Shown here piece after piece: positions 33,170-43,481 of a stretch of DNA of 64,000 nt (its first letter is position 1; each line of letters opens with the position of its first letter). The notes beneath the pieces were generated by a model. That model did no database searches, had not been told where the DNA came from, and was given only the letters and a program-made list of their open reading frames with translations. Where the stretch lies: positions 1 through 64,000 of the IMG/VR virus record IMGVR_UViG_3300018059_000011. One strand, written 5' to 3'. Both the position numbers and the translations under genes were made by a program. Origin of the DNA: a virus.

Positions 33170-36100
33170 ATGGCCTCAGAAGCATTCATCATTGTCGTCC
33201 AGCAGAAAGGCGTCAAAGAAGCCAAAGCCGAAATGGACGGCTTGGCTGAGGCCGGTGGCAAGGCTGCGAAATCGACTACGGGTCTCGGCACCGCTGCATC
33301 CAGTTCCGAGAAGCACATCAGTGCGATCCGTGGGTCTCTGGCCCTCATGCGTAACGCCCTTGTGGCGTTGTCGTTCGTGCGGATCATCACTGGCGTGACC
33401 GATCTCGTAGATTCGTTCATCAACATGGAGTCGAAGCTCAATCTCGTCACCAAGTCTACGACCGACACCGGCATCGCCATGCAGGCGTTGCTTCAGGTCG
33501 CCAACGAGACTCGAGCTCCGTTGGATTCCACGGTGACGTTGTTCACCCGACTTGCCCGAGCTACAGCCGGATTGAAGCTCACCAATGGCGAGTTGCTGGA
33601 CATCACTCGGTCGTTGAACCAAGCATTCGTTATCTCCGGTGCGACCGCCGATGAAACGCGCAATGCCATCACCCAGTTGACGCAGGGCTTGTCGCTTGGC
33701 ATTTTGCGCGGCCAGGACTTGCGGTCGGTGACCGAGTACGGTTCCCGTGTCGCGAAGATTTTCACCGATGAAATCAATAGGCAGGGCCTCGCCCGCGACC
33801 GCAACAACAAGTTGCTGCCGGGCGAGTTGTATTCTTGGACGCAAATTCATAAGAACGTCCTGACCACGAAGATCGCGGTTGAAGCCTTTAGGCACGCCCA
33901 GGAGCCTCTCGCCGCCGAGTTCACCCAGACCTCCAAGACCATTGGTCAGGGGTGGACCCAGCTTACGAACGTGTTCACGATCTTCTTCGGCAATCTCGCC
34001 ACGAATAGCGGAGTTGTCGCCGGGATCACTGGTGCCCTGGACTTCTTGGCGAAGAACATCGGAGCCGTCACCATCGCAGTGTTGGGCTTTGCCGCTGCCT
34101 GGGCGTCGTTGCTCATCATCCGTACTTTCATCGGTCTCGCCGGTCAGATCGTATCCGCGTTTCTCGGCATCTGGCGCGCTCTTGGATTGGTGACTGCCGG
34201 TTTTCGTATTCTCGCGGTCACTGTCGGGACCATGACCGGCGCCGGATTGATTGTCGCTGGTATCGCCGCCGCCATCTTCCTCGTGGTCAAAGTTCTCCAA
34301 GCTTTCGGTGTCACCTGGGATGACGTTTGGGAGGCTGCGAAGTCCACGGTAGCTGGCATCATCGCTGCGATCCAAGTTCTTGGCGACATCTTCTACAACA
34401 TCTTCACCGGAATGGCCCTCGTCGCTGTCCGCGCGTTCAATCTCGTGTCGGAGAAGTTTACTGCGTTCTTGAACTTTTTCCGCACGGAACAGAAGAAGCC
34501 GTTCCTGCTCGTCGAGCCCGAAGGCCCAAAGAACTTCGGCAGCGTCAGCGAGGACTTCGCGCGCCACTTCGCCGATAGCAAGAAGGCCGTGGACGAGACC
34601 ATCAAGTTCATCAACAATGCGGTCAAGAGCGGCATCACCGATGACGCGATTGCCGAGTGGAAGAAGAAGCTGAACGGCCTTGCCACCGATGCCGGGGACG
34701 CTGGAGACGAGATCAGCAAGAAGGTCGCCGGTCTCGTGAACCAGATCGAGTCGTTCATAGCCAGGGTCAGCCCGCTGTTCGACGTGACCTCGAAGATGGA
34801 CAAGTTCAAGAAACTTGTTGCCGATCTCACCGCCGAGAAGGGCGGTGCCGCTGCGTTGAAAAAGGTCTTTGACTTCTCGGTGGCGGCTGGTGGCCCCGGT
34901 AGCATCGAAGAAGTATTTCGTCGTGTCCGACGTGAAGAGATTGGCGTCGGTAACGCCAGCACCGATCTTTCGGAGCGCTTGAAGCTCCTGAAGGGATATG
35001 TGGATGATGGCACAATCTCCTGGGAAGAATATAGCTTCGGAGTGAATGAGGTCAACATCAAGGCGCTCAAGGCCCAGCATGACATCGCCAGCGGCGTGGC
35101 CCTGGCCGGATTCGAGCAACAGCAGAAGATGATGAATGAGGCGTCCATTGCCGCGAAGGCGCTCGGAGCCGCCTACGAAGACATCAATGCGATTCACGAT
35201 TACACCATTGCCCAGCAAGTCCTCAGTGATGAACTGAAGAAGCATCCGGGGGAATACGACGCCATCACTCGGGCGATGCGCGAGAATGAACTCGCTATGC
35301 TCTCGAAGAAGACCGATTTTGGTAGTGGCATCCGCCGCGCCGAGATCGAGGCCGAGAAGCGTGCGCTCGACGACGCCACGATTGCTCAGGGCGCCTACAC
35401 CGATGCGCTGAAGCAAGTGGACGCGCAACATACGTTCGTTGTCACCCAGCGGACTTTGAACGACATGCTCGCGCAGGGCAAGATCGGTTGGGACCAGTAC
35501 ACCGAGTCGATGCGGGCCGCTGAGAACACGATGCTCCAATTCGACAAGACCGCCGAGTCTGGTTTCCGTCAGGGTATCCTCCAGATCAAGGACGAACTCA
35601 CCGATGCCGCATCCACGGCCAAGACCGCGTTTGTTGATGCGTTCCACGACATGCAGGATGCGCTCGTGGACTTCCTCGACACCGGTCATTTCAGCTTGCA
35701 GAAGTTTGCGGGCGATCTCACGCACAATTTGAACAAGCTCGCGGTCCAGCAGGTCTTCGGCCCTGCCATCGGCCAGCTTCTTGGCATCGGCGCCCCCAAT
35801 ACGCCGGGCTCCAGCGCGGGCGGCGGCCTTTTCGGGCTGCTCGGTCCACTCTTCGGCGCCACGGGCCTGGGCGGGCCTGGGGCTGCCCCCAAGGGCACCT
35901 TGACCGATCCCCTGCATGTGATCCTCGCTGGCGGTGCTGGTGGCCTGGGGGGCTTGGCATCCCTGCTTCCAAGTGGGGGCGGGAACCCCGGTTCGGCGAT
36001 CTTCCAGAACGGTAATTGGATTCCCGGCGCCGAGGGATTCCCCGAGAAGATCGGCGAGGCGATCACGACTTCTGGAACTAACCTGACCGGCGGTATCGAG

Positions 36101-36556
36101 CAATCCTTGACCGGCGCCACCGGGGGCGGTGGCTTCCTCAGCAGCCTCGGTAATCTGTTTTCGCAGGGCGTGTCCGGCATCGGCAACTTGCTCGGTAGCA
36201 TCGGCAGCGGGATCGGCGGCCTCTTCGGAGGCGGTGGGGGAGGCGGCGGTATCGGCAGTTTCCTTGGCGGTGCCCTCAGCCTCATTGGGTTGGCCGGTGG
36301 TGGCGACTTCGATGTTGGGGGTGCTGGAGCCACTGACAGCCAGATCGTGGCATTCCGTGCGTCTCCAGATGAGCATGTCTCGGTCACGACTCCTGGTCAG
36401 CAGGCGCGTGAAAATAAGGCTCAAACGAATACGCCAATCCAGTTCACGATGCACGTTCACGGGGTTTCGGATGCCAATAGCTTTGCCCGTGCCGAAGATC
36501 AGATTTATGCGTCGGCAATGCAGCGCCTCAGTCGCGCTTCGCGTCGCAACAACTAA
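33170..36556 (+). CDS. Tape measure protein
   Basis: 1128 aa; tape-measure domain (AITQLTQGLSLGILRGQDLRSV); TM segment; Gly-rich C-terminus. Confidence 0.93.
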   Translation: MASEAFIIVVQQKGVKEAKAEMDGLAEAGGKAAKSTTGLGTAASSSEKHISAIRGSLALMRNALVALSFVRIITGVTDLVDSFINMESKLNLVTKSTTDTGIAMQALLQVANETRAPLDSTVTLFTRLARATAGLKLTNGELLDITRSLNQAFVISGATADETRNAITQLTQGLSLGILRGQDLRSVTEYGSRVAKIFTDEINRQGLARDRNNKLLPGELYSWTQIHKNVLTTKIAVEAFRHAQEPLAAEFTQTSKTIGQGWTQLTNVFTIFFGNLATNSGVVAGITGALDFLAKNIGAVTIAVLGFAAAWASLLIIRTFIGLAGQIVSAFLGIWRALGLVTAGFRILAVTVGTMTGAGLIVAGIAAAIFLVVKVLQAFGVTWDDVWEAAKSTVAGIIAAIQVLGDIFYNIFTGMALVAVRAFNLVSEKFTAFLNFFRTEQKKPFLLVEPEGPKNFGSVSEDFARHFADSKKAVDETIKFINNAVKSGITDDAIAEWKKKLNGLATDAGDAGDEISKKVAGLVNQIESFIARVSPLFDVTSKMDKFKKLVADLTAEKGGAAALKKVFDFSVAAGGPGSIEEVFRRVRREEIGVGNASTDLSERLKLLKGYVDDGTISWEEYSFGVNEVNIKALKAQHDIASGVALAGFEQQQKMMNEASIAAKALGAAYEDINAIHDYTIAQQVLSDELKKHPGEYDAITRAMRENELAMLSKKTDFGSGIRRAEIEAEKRALDDATIAQGAYTDALKQVDAQHTFVVTQRTLNDMLAQGKIGWDQYTESMRAAENTMLQFDKTAESGFRQGILQIKDELTDAASTAKTAFVDAFHDMQDALVDFLDTGHFSLQKFAGDLTHNLNKLAVQQVFGPAIGQLLGIGAPNTPGSSAGGGLFGLLGPLFGATGLGGPGAAPKGTLTDPLHVILAGGAGGLGGLASLLPSGGGNPGSAIFQNGNWIPGAEGFPEKIGEAITTSGTNLTGGIEQSLTGATGGGGFLSSLGNLFSQGVSGIGNLLGSIGSGIGGLFGGGGGGGGIGSFLGGALSLIGLAGGGDFDVGGAGATDSQIVAFRASPDEHVSVTTPGQQARENKAQTNTPIQFTMHVHGVSDANSFARAEDQIYASAMQRLSRASRRNN

Positions 36557-36567
36557 CGGAGAGCCGC

Positions 36568-37542
36568 ATGACTTCGTTTCATAACGTGAGGTTGCCGGAA
36601 GAGATCGAGTCTGGTGCCCAAGGCGGACCCGGCTTTAAGACCACGGTGCTGACGCTCTCGTCCGGCTTCGAGAAGCGGAATATAGAATGGTCGCGTTCGC
36701 GTGGCTCGTGGGACATCAGCTACGGCATTCAGACCAAAGATGATGTCGGCAGCGTCATAGATTTCTTCTATGCCCGGCGGGGCAAAGCCTATGGCTTCCG
36801 GTTTAAGGACTGGACGGATTTCGAGATCACCAATCAGACCATTGGCACGGGTGATGGCGTTGCCGTTGTCTATCAGGTCTTCAAGAATTACCAAGATGAT
36901 GGGGGGTCGTTTCAGCGCAAGATCACGAGGATCGTGGACGGCACCCTGAGCGTCTACGTGAATGCGATTTTGAAGTCCGATCCCGGTGACTACACCGTTG
37001 ACATCGACACCGGCCTCATCACGTTTGGGACCGCGCCCGGAGCCGTTGCCACGAGTGTGCTCACGTCATCCTCCAATTACTCTGTCGGAGAGACCGTTGT
37101 CATCGGCGGCAAGACCTACACTTTTGAGTCTCCTGTAACCAATGTTGACGGCCATGTCTTGCGCGGCGGTAGCGAGGCAGCGTCGATGGCGAACCTGCAT
37201 TATGCTATCAACAAGAGCGGCGGAACCATCGGCACAGACTATGCTCTTGCGACCACTGCCAATGCGTTTGTCACGGCGACCGACAACGGAGTTCATGCGC
37301 TCACGGTCACAGCTATCACCGGGGGTGCCGCAGGCAATGCCATCACTACCGCCGAGACCTGTGCCCTTGCGGCATGGGGTCCGAACACCGCGTATCTGAC
37401 CGGCGGTGCCGACGCCGATGTCACCGTGACTTGTGAGTTTGATGTTCCAGTTCGTTTCGACACTGACAAGTTGCCGCTGAAGGCGACCTGGGAAGATGCT
37501 ATCGAAGTCCCCCAGATTCCAATCGTAGAGATCAAGGAATAA
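36568..37542 (+). CDS. Distal tail protein, DUF2460/TIGR02217 type, with inserted module
   Basis: FHNVRLP...GGP.F.T...SG.E.RN..W...FF.ARRG...GFRFKDW.D; EFDVPVRFDTD; insert at 37048-37407. Confidence 0.9.
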   Translation: MTSFHNVRLPEEIESGAQGGPGFKTTVLTLSSGFEKRNIEWSRSRGSWDISYGIQTKDDVGSVIDFFYARRGKAYGFRFKDWTDFEITNQTIGTGDGVAVVYQVFKNYQDDGGSFQRKITRIVDGTLSVYVNAILKSDPGDYTVDIDTGLITFGTAPGAVATSVLTSSSNYSVGETVVIGGKTYTFESPVTNVDGHVLRGGSEAASMANLHYAINKSGGTIGTDYALATTANAFVTATDNGVHALTVTAITGGAAGNAITTAETCALAAWGPNTAYLTGGADADVTVTCEFDVPVRFDTDKLPLKATWEDAIEVPQIPIVEIKE

Positions 37543-37545
37543 CCA

Positions 37546-38988
37546 GTGAAGACGATCTCAAGCGGATTGGACACGCATCTCACCGAAGAGGTCACGACGT
37601 TGGCCCGGTGCTGGAAGATCACGCGCCAAGACGGCGTTCAGTTCTTCTTCACCACCCATGACGCGAACCTGACTTTCGAGGGAGATGAGTACATCTCCAT
37701 GAATGGATTCAATACGACGGCGATTACCAGCAGTGCGGCTCTTGACGTGGACAATCTCAACGTGGCCGGATTCTTCGAGGAGGAGACGATCACTTCCGAG
37801 GACTTGGCTGCTGGGTTGTTTGACTACGCCGATGTCCGCCTCTTTTTGGTTAACTGGTCTGACATCAGCCAGGGTGCCCTTAAGCTCCGGCGCGGTTGGT
37901 TCGGTGAAGTTATTCACACCCCGAGTGGGATGTTCAAGGTCGAACTTCGCGGCATGACTCAGGCGCTCGCGCAGCATATCGGCGAATTGTATGGCCCCGA
38001 ATGCCGCGCCGATCTCGGTGACACACGCTGCAAAGTTCCGATTGATCCTGATCTCATTCAGCGGCTCACCGCTTACGAAGTCGGCGACTACGTGAAGGTC
38101 GTCACGGACAGCGGGGCCTTCGGCTACGCGCAGTACGAGAACCGCGTCTATAAGTGCATTTCCGCAGGCATCACCGCCGATGCCCAGCCGGTTTATGACA
38201 CCGGGGTGGGCAACACCACGGATGACGGTGGCGCTGCTGGTGGTGGGACTGTGGCTGTCTACACGGCTCCGGTCTCGAACTATACGCTTGGTCTTTTCAT
38301 ACGCATTGACGATTTCCAATATACCTTTGTGACGACGCTGACCTCTTCCTCTCCTGGTAATGTCCTCATTGGAACGACGGTCTCTGACTCGCTCGATAAT
38401 CTTTTCAATGCGATCACCGGAGGCCCCGGAGCCGGAACCACGTACAATGTCGATACGCCTGTGAACACGACTGTGACCGCGACTGAAGGCGCCGGCACTA
38501 TCACCGTTGAACTCGCCGACTTCTCGATCCCCGGCCAGAACGTATTGCTCTCGGCTTCCATCCTCAGTGGGACATGGGACGTGGCTTCGCTCTCCACGTC
38601 ATCGAATGCCTGCGTATTCCAGGCAGTGGAGGCATGGTCTCGAAATTTCACGGTGACCGGCGTTACCGATCATGACACCTTTGCGATCTCGGTTGACGAG
38701 TCTCGTGCGGTCGATGGTTGGTTCGACGGCGGCGTTCTTGTTTTCGATGAAGGCCCGAACCATGATAAAGGCTTTGAGGTCAAGACCTGGACAAATTCCG
38801 GCGGGGCCGTGAACTTGTACCTTCCGGTTGGTTTTGATATAACTATAGGTGAGCGTGGTCGCATCTATCCTGGGTGCGACAAGAGTTTGGCGACTTGCCG
38901 TGATAAATTCAACAATCTTTTGAACATGCGCGCCGAGCCGTACCTGCCAGGAAACGATGCTGCCTTCACATACCCGGATTCGCACTAA
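37546..38988 (+). CDS. Baseplate hub protein, DUF2163/BR0599 type, with inserted module
   Basis: TTLARCWKITRQDG...T.HD; CRADLGD.RC; GCDK...TC..KFNN..N.R.EP.LPG; insert at ~38236-38601. Confidence 0.9.
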   Translation: MKTISSGLDTHLTEEVTTLARCWKITRQDGVQFFFTTHDANLTFEGDEYISMNGFNTTAITSSAALDVDNLNVAGFFEEETITSEDLAAGLFDYADVRLFLVNWSDISQGALKLRRGWFGEVIHTPSGMFKVELRGMTQALAQHIGELYGPECRADLGDTRCKVPIDPDLIQRLTAYEVGDYVKVVTDSGAFGYAQYENRVYKCISAGITADAQPVYDTGVGNTTDDGGAAGGGTVAVYTAPVSNYTLGLFIRIDDFQYTFVTTLTSSSPGNVLIGTTVSDSLDNLFNAITGGPGAGTTYNVDTPVNTTVTATEGAGTITVELADFSIPGQNVLLSASILSGTWDVASLSTSSNACVFQAVEAWSRNFTVTGVTDHDTFAISVDESRAVDGWFDGGVLVFDEGPNHDKGFEVKTWTNSGGAVNLYLPVGFDITIGERGRIYPGCDKSLATCRDKFNNLLNMRAEPYLPGNDAAFTYPDSH

Positions 38989-39422
38989 TGCCAACCTCAG
39001 CCTCCTATCTCGCCCGTGCTCGTTCGTATCTCGGGACGCCATTTCGGCACCAGGGTCGTAAGCCCGGTATGGGGCTGGACTGCGTGGGCGTGCTCGTTTG
39101 CGCGGGACGAGCCGAGGGCATAGAGGTTACGGACACGCCGAACTATCGCCGCCACGCCGACTGGGCTACATTCACAGCGAAGTTCAATGAGAATGCCGAC
39201 TGGGTTGGCAATAGCCTCGATGCTCTCGAACCGGGCCGCATAATTATTCTTCGCGACGGTAAGTATCAGACGCATTGCGCTGTCATCGGCACCGATCCCG
39301 TGGATGGCGCTTTCACGATTGTTCACGCCTATGAGCCCCGTGGCAAAGTCGTAGAGGAGCGCATCACTGAGGACTGGCGTTCTCGCATTGTCGGTGTCTA
39401 TAAACTTCGGGGTCTTGACTAA
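38988..39422 (+). CDS. NlpC/P60 tail-associated peptidase
   Basis: ARSYLGTPFRHQGR....LDCVG...HCAV...VHA. Confidence 0.9.
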   Translation: MPTSASYLARARSYLGTPFRHQGRKPGMGLDCVGVLVCAGRAEGIEVTDTPNYRRHADWATFTAKFNENADWVGNSLDALEPGRIIILRDGKYQTHCAVIGTDPVDGAFTIVHAYEPRGKVVEERITEDWRSRIVGVYKLRGLD

Positions 39423-42400
39423 TGGGTCAGGTAGGCCAACTCGTTGTCGGCGTAGTCGGGGGCGTTATCGGCGCATTCTTCGGGGTGCCGCAGCTTGGCT
39501 TCATGCTGGGGTCGTTGGCTGGCAGCTTTCTGTTCCCAACAAAAGGACCAAATCAGGAAGGCCCGCGTCTTGACAACCTCTCGGTCACGTCATCGACCTA
39601 CGGCCAGCCGATCTTCATTATCTACGGCACCGTTCGTGTTGGGGGCAATATCATTTGGTCGAAGCCGATCCGTGAACAAAAGACGGTGACCAAGCAGAGC
39701 GGCGGCAAGGGCGGCGCTGGAAGCAGCGGCAAGACCACGACCTATGCTTATTACTGGACGGGAGCCGTCGCTCTCGGCGAAGGCCCGATTGTCGATGTCG
39801 TGAAGATTTGGACCGATACCAAGATCGCGTATGACCGTACTGGAACTTCGAGCACTGTCCGCAAGCCAGATTTTCGTTTCCGTGTCTACTACGGTGACGA
39901 GTTGCAGATGCCGGATGCGGCTATCGCCGCTGACAAGGGCGACGCCAATGTCACTGCTCATCGAGGTATGGCCTACATCGTGTTCGATGACATTCCGCTG
40001 AAGGACTATGGCAACCGTGTTCCTAGTTTTACGTTCGAGGTCGTCGCCAATACCGGCGGTGCCACAGCCACGGGCGTTCACGGGATCATCGACTTGACGA
40101 GCGGGCCGGTCGCGGCTCCGCGCACTGGCATCCTTGTTCCTAACTGGGTGCATCGTCGGCTCTACAAATTCCGTGACGGCGACTCCGGGGGCATCCATGT
40201 CTATAATATGGAGACGCGAAAAGAGATTCGGCAAGCTGCGGTATTCGACGTAGTGGAACCCGATGATTCTTTTAGTCTTGGTTTTGGAGGCGAAGTCGCA
40301 GTAGACGATGATGGTTTCATTTACGCCCAGCTTACTAGCGGCGGCGCCAACAGCCGAGCGGTTGTCAAGATCGACGGCTTCTCTCTGAAAGAAGTCGCCC
40401 GAATCGGTAGCTCCTCGTCCAATTTGGACCCGCTCAAGAACATCATTACCGGGGATAATTTTTGCGTCGTCAATGCCTATTCCGCCACTGGCCTGAATCG
40501 CTATCTTGTGAATTGCGATTACCGAGGGGATGTGCAGTTCATTCACTGCGGCGGCAGCGGCATGACCCTCTCATGTGTTACGTCTGTGGATGAGTTCAAA
40601 GCCTATGGCGTTCCGGGTGAGACCCGAGATGGGCGGGCCGTGTGCTATCTTGTCGGTCGCGCGCAGTTTGGCCCGCAATCGACGGAGCCTTTTGGCATCT
40701 ATCGGATAACGGTGCCGGGCACCGCATATTTGTCGGCGATCACCGACCAGCCTAATCCGGTTTTCACACGTACCAAACTCGGGACTATCTCGCCCACCCA
40801 AGTCGTCTCGTGGTGGTCCTATTTCAACAGCTTCGGTGGCTCGTTCTACGACACCCATGAGGGCCGTCTCTATCTTTTGGTGGAGGGTGGCCGCTTCTTC
40901 ACGACCAAGACGAAGTATCTCGTCCGATACAATCCCGAGACGGCCTCGGTTGAATGGGCGAAGCCCCTCACCGTCAGCTTTTCCTTTACCGCTTACAATG
41001 GATTCTATCGTGTAAACTCCGGTTTTGTTTCGTTCGTGGGCGACACAAATTTCGGGACTCACACGAGTCCTGTGCAGACCTTCAATCTTTCGACCGGGGA
41101 TAGCGCCGAGACCGACCAGTGGGACTTCGAGGGCACGGTCGGTGGCGCCCAGACCTATGATTCTCAAACTGGGGCGATCATTGCTGTTGGTACTACCCTG
41201 GCGGATACCGGAGAGACGAATTGCATTATCTACACCGGCAGGGCCTCATCCGCTGGGGCCAACCTTGGTGACATCGTTACGAATCTGTGTGGTCGCGTTG
41301 GCCTGGAATCATCTGACATCGACGTGGCCGAACTCACCGATGACGTGGATGGATATGTCATCAACAATCAATCTACGGTGCGCTCGGCTATCGAGCCTTT
41401 GGCGCTGACCTTCAATTTCGATGGAGTGGAATCGGATGACACTTTGAAGTTCCTGAAGCGTGGCCGTGCGTCGTCGCTGACATTGACCCAGCCTGATCTC
41501 AAATTCCTTAGCGATCAGGAAGGCGAGTTTCTTCGCGAGACGCGGATGCAGGAAGTGGAGTTGCCCGAGCGTGTGTCTCTGGTCTACCTGGACCCAGGCA
41601 AGGACTACCAGCAGAACACTCAGACTACTAAACGAATCAGCAAGCCGACGCCTAGCATGTTCTCGGCCAATCAAATCTCGAACACGATTCCAGTCGTGAT
41701 GTCGGCGTCATTTGCCAAGCAACTTTCCGAGACGCTCCTGTACACGTCTTGGATCGAACGCATTCGCCAGGAGATCGCGATTAGCTGGGAGTACGCGAAG
41801 CTCGATCCTGTCGATGCCGTGACGATCAATCTCGACAATGGAACGGTATATGAAGTCCGGCTTACCTCGGTTGACATTGGCGCCGATCTGACGATGGAAC
41901 TGAAGTCGGTGAACGAGAAGGCGACCTCTTATTCCTCGCATGTTCCGGCTGACGGCGGCGATGGATTCCCGCAGCAGGTTCTTCCTGGCCTGAGCACGAC
42001 CAAGACTTTCATCATGGACTGCACGTTGCTTCGCGATAGCGACGATACCGGCGGTACTGTGTCGCGGATGTACGCCGCTGGTGGCGGCTTTGGTCAGCCC
42101 AATTGGCCCGGTGAGCAAATCGAGCACAGCGCCGATGGCAGCTTCTACAATGTGGTCGCCCAGATTCCGAATGAGTCTGCATGGGGATCGGTGGGGGATG
42201 CCCTTCCCGGCGTCACTAATCCTTTTGCCACGGACGAAGATAACACCATCACCGTGTTCATGAACTCTGGTGAGGATCAGCTTGAGAGCATCACCGATCT
42301 GGAGATGGTGAATGGGGCCAATCCTGCGATCTTGTGGGATGAGGCTACTGGCAATCTCGAAGTTATCCAATACCGCGATGTCACGCAAAATGATGACGGC

Positions 42401-42964
42401 AGCTACACGTTGTCTGGTCTCTTGCGTGGCCGCCGTGGTACTGACACTTTCGTGGGTTCTCATGTTGCTGGCGAAACCCTGCTTCTTATCAGCGCCGACA
42501 CTACGGAATCTTTTCTCCTCGGACTCGGTGAACTGAACGTATCTCGGTACTATAAAGGCGTTCCGTATGGAACGGTCTTCGAGGATGCCCCGTTGAAGAT
42601 CATCACCAGCACTGGTCGTGATTTGAAGCCCTACGCCCCGGTTAATGTGGCTGCGGCCATTGACGGCAGTGACATCGACTTGACCTGGGACCGCCGGACT
42701 CGCATCGGTGGGGCCTTGCAAGACGGCATCGGAACCGTGGTTTTGGGCGAGACTACGGAAGCCTACGAGGTTGACATCTGGAACGGCGCCGGGGATACTG
42801 TATTGAGGACTTTGACCTCGACTACGACCACGGTTACCTACCTGGACGCGGACATTACCACGGATTTCGGCTCGATCCCGGCTACGTTGACGGTTACGGT
42901 TTACCAGATGAGCGCAGCGGTCGGAAGGGGCTTTGGCAAGAAGGTGACGGTCGATGTCGTGTAA
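39422..42964 (+). CDS. Tail tip / central fibre protein (GTA megatron, Phage-tail_3-like)
   Basis: GPRL......STYG.PI..IYG..RV.GN.IW; AHRG.AYIVF....L.DYGNR.P...FEV; LSGLLRGRRGT; W.RRTR. Confidence 0.9.
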   Translation: MGQVGQLVVGVVGGVIGAFFGVPQLGFMLGSLAGSFLFPTKGPNQEGPRLDNLSVTSSTYGQPIFIIYGTVRVGGNIIWSKPIREQKTVTKQSGGKGGAGSSGKTTTYAYYWTGAVALGEGPIVDVVKIWTDTKIAYDRTGTSSTVRKPDFRFRVYYGDELQMPDAAIAADKGDANVTAHRGMAYIVFDDIPLKDYGNRVPSFTFEVVANTGGATATGVHGIIDLTSGPVAAPRTGILVPNWVHRRLYKFRDGDSGGIHVYNMETRKEIRQAAVFDVVEPDDSFSLGFGGEVAVDDDGFIYAQLTSGGANSRAVVKIDGFSLKEVARIGSSSSNLDPLKNIITGDNFCVVNAYSATGLNRYLVNCDYRGDVQFIHCGGSGMTLSCVTSVDEFKAYGVPGETRDGRAVCYLVGRAQFGPQSTEPFGIYRITVPGTAYLSAITDQPNPVFTRTKLGTISPTQVVSWWSYFNSFGGSFYDTHEGRLYLLVEGGRFFTTKTKYLVRYNPETASVEWAKPLTVSFSFTAYNGFYRVNSGFVSFVGDTNFGTHTSPVQTFNLSTGDSAETDQWDFEGTVGGAQTYDSQTGAIIAVGTTLADTGETNCIIYTGRASSAGANLGDIVTNLCGRVGLESSDIDVAELTDDVDGYVINNQSTVRSAIEPLALTFNFDGVESDDTLKFLKRGRASSLTLTQPDLKFLSDQEGEFLRETRMQEVELPERVSLVYLDPGKDYQQNTQTTKRISKPTPSMFSANQISNTIPVVMSASFAKQLSETLLYTSWIERIRQEIAISWEYAKLDPVDAVTINLDNGTVYEVRLTSVDIGADLTMELKSVNEKATSYSSHVPADGGDGFPQQVLPGLSTTKTFIMDCTLLRDSDDTGGTVSRMYAAGGGFGQPNWPGEQIEHSADGSFYNVVAQIPNESAWGSVGDALPGVTNPFATDEDNTITVFMNSGEDQLESITDLEMVNGANPAILWDEATGNLEVIQYRDVTQNDDGSYTLSGLLRGRRGTDTFVGSHVAGETLLLISADTTESFLLGLGELNVSRYYKGVPYGTVFEDAPLKIITSTGRDLKPYAPVNVAAAIDGSDIDLTWDRRTRIGGALQDGIGTVVLGETTEAYEVDIWNGAGDTVLRTLTSTTTTVTYLDADITTDFGSIPATLTVTVYQMSAAVGRGFGKKVTVDVV

Positions 42965-43481
42965 TTCTCAGCCAGCTTTGGATCATGACCGCGAGAGGTC
43001 TCGCGATTACCAGTCTGTGCTTCGTAGCACACCAGAGGGCCGAGCTAAATCCAATCAGGCCGCGAAGGATTCATACCACCGTTGCAAGAATGGACTCGGC
43101 AAAAGGTATCGTGCTCGTATTGCGACAATGGCTCCTAAGAGCCCACGAACTTTGCAGAAGGTTTGCGTGGAGTCCGCGCGTTTTCGCGCGGAAGAGAAAG
43201 ATATTCCTTTCGAGATCACTGTGGCGGATTTGTTTTGGCCCGTGGTATGCCCGGTGACAAATCTTGTACTCGATTATGAATTGAATGCTTCGGTCGGCTC
43301 AGGTAGGGGGGCGCACCGTCCTCGTTCAAACGCCCCATCTTTGGATCGCATCATCCCATCTAAGGGCTATGTGGTCGGCAATGTCAGAGTTATTTCTTGG
43401 AAGGCGAACCTCTTGAAGAACGATTGCACGGACCCGGCGGTGTTTGAACGCATGGCCCGGTATATCCGGGGAGAAATCTAA
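42954..43481 (+). CDS. HNH-type homing endonuclease
   Basis: CPVT.L.L...APSLDRIIPSKGYVVGNVRVISWKAN.LK. Confidence 0.85.
   Translation: MSCNSQPALDHDRERSRDYQSVLRSTPEGRAKSNQAAKDSYHRCKNGLGKRYRARIATMAPKSPRTLQKVCVESARFRAEEKDIPFEITVADLFWPVVCPVTNLVLDYELNASVGSGRGAHRPRSNAPSLDRIIPSKGYVVGNVRVISWKANLLKNDCTDPAVFERMARYIRGEI

Noticed and set aside
33176-36460. 1094-aa minus-strand ORF, and similar long antisense ORFs at 13925, 16799, 21088 and 28740
   Set aside because: Shadow ORFs opposite well-supported genes, caused by GC-rich codon bias; no motifs or RBS
22645-38601. Intein identity for the repeated inserted module
   Set aside because: No N-terminal Cys/Ser, no C-terminal His-Asn and no intein blocks
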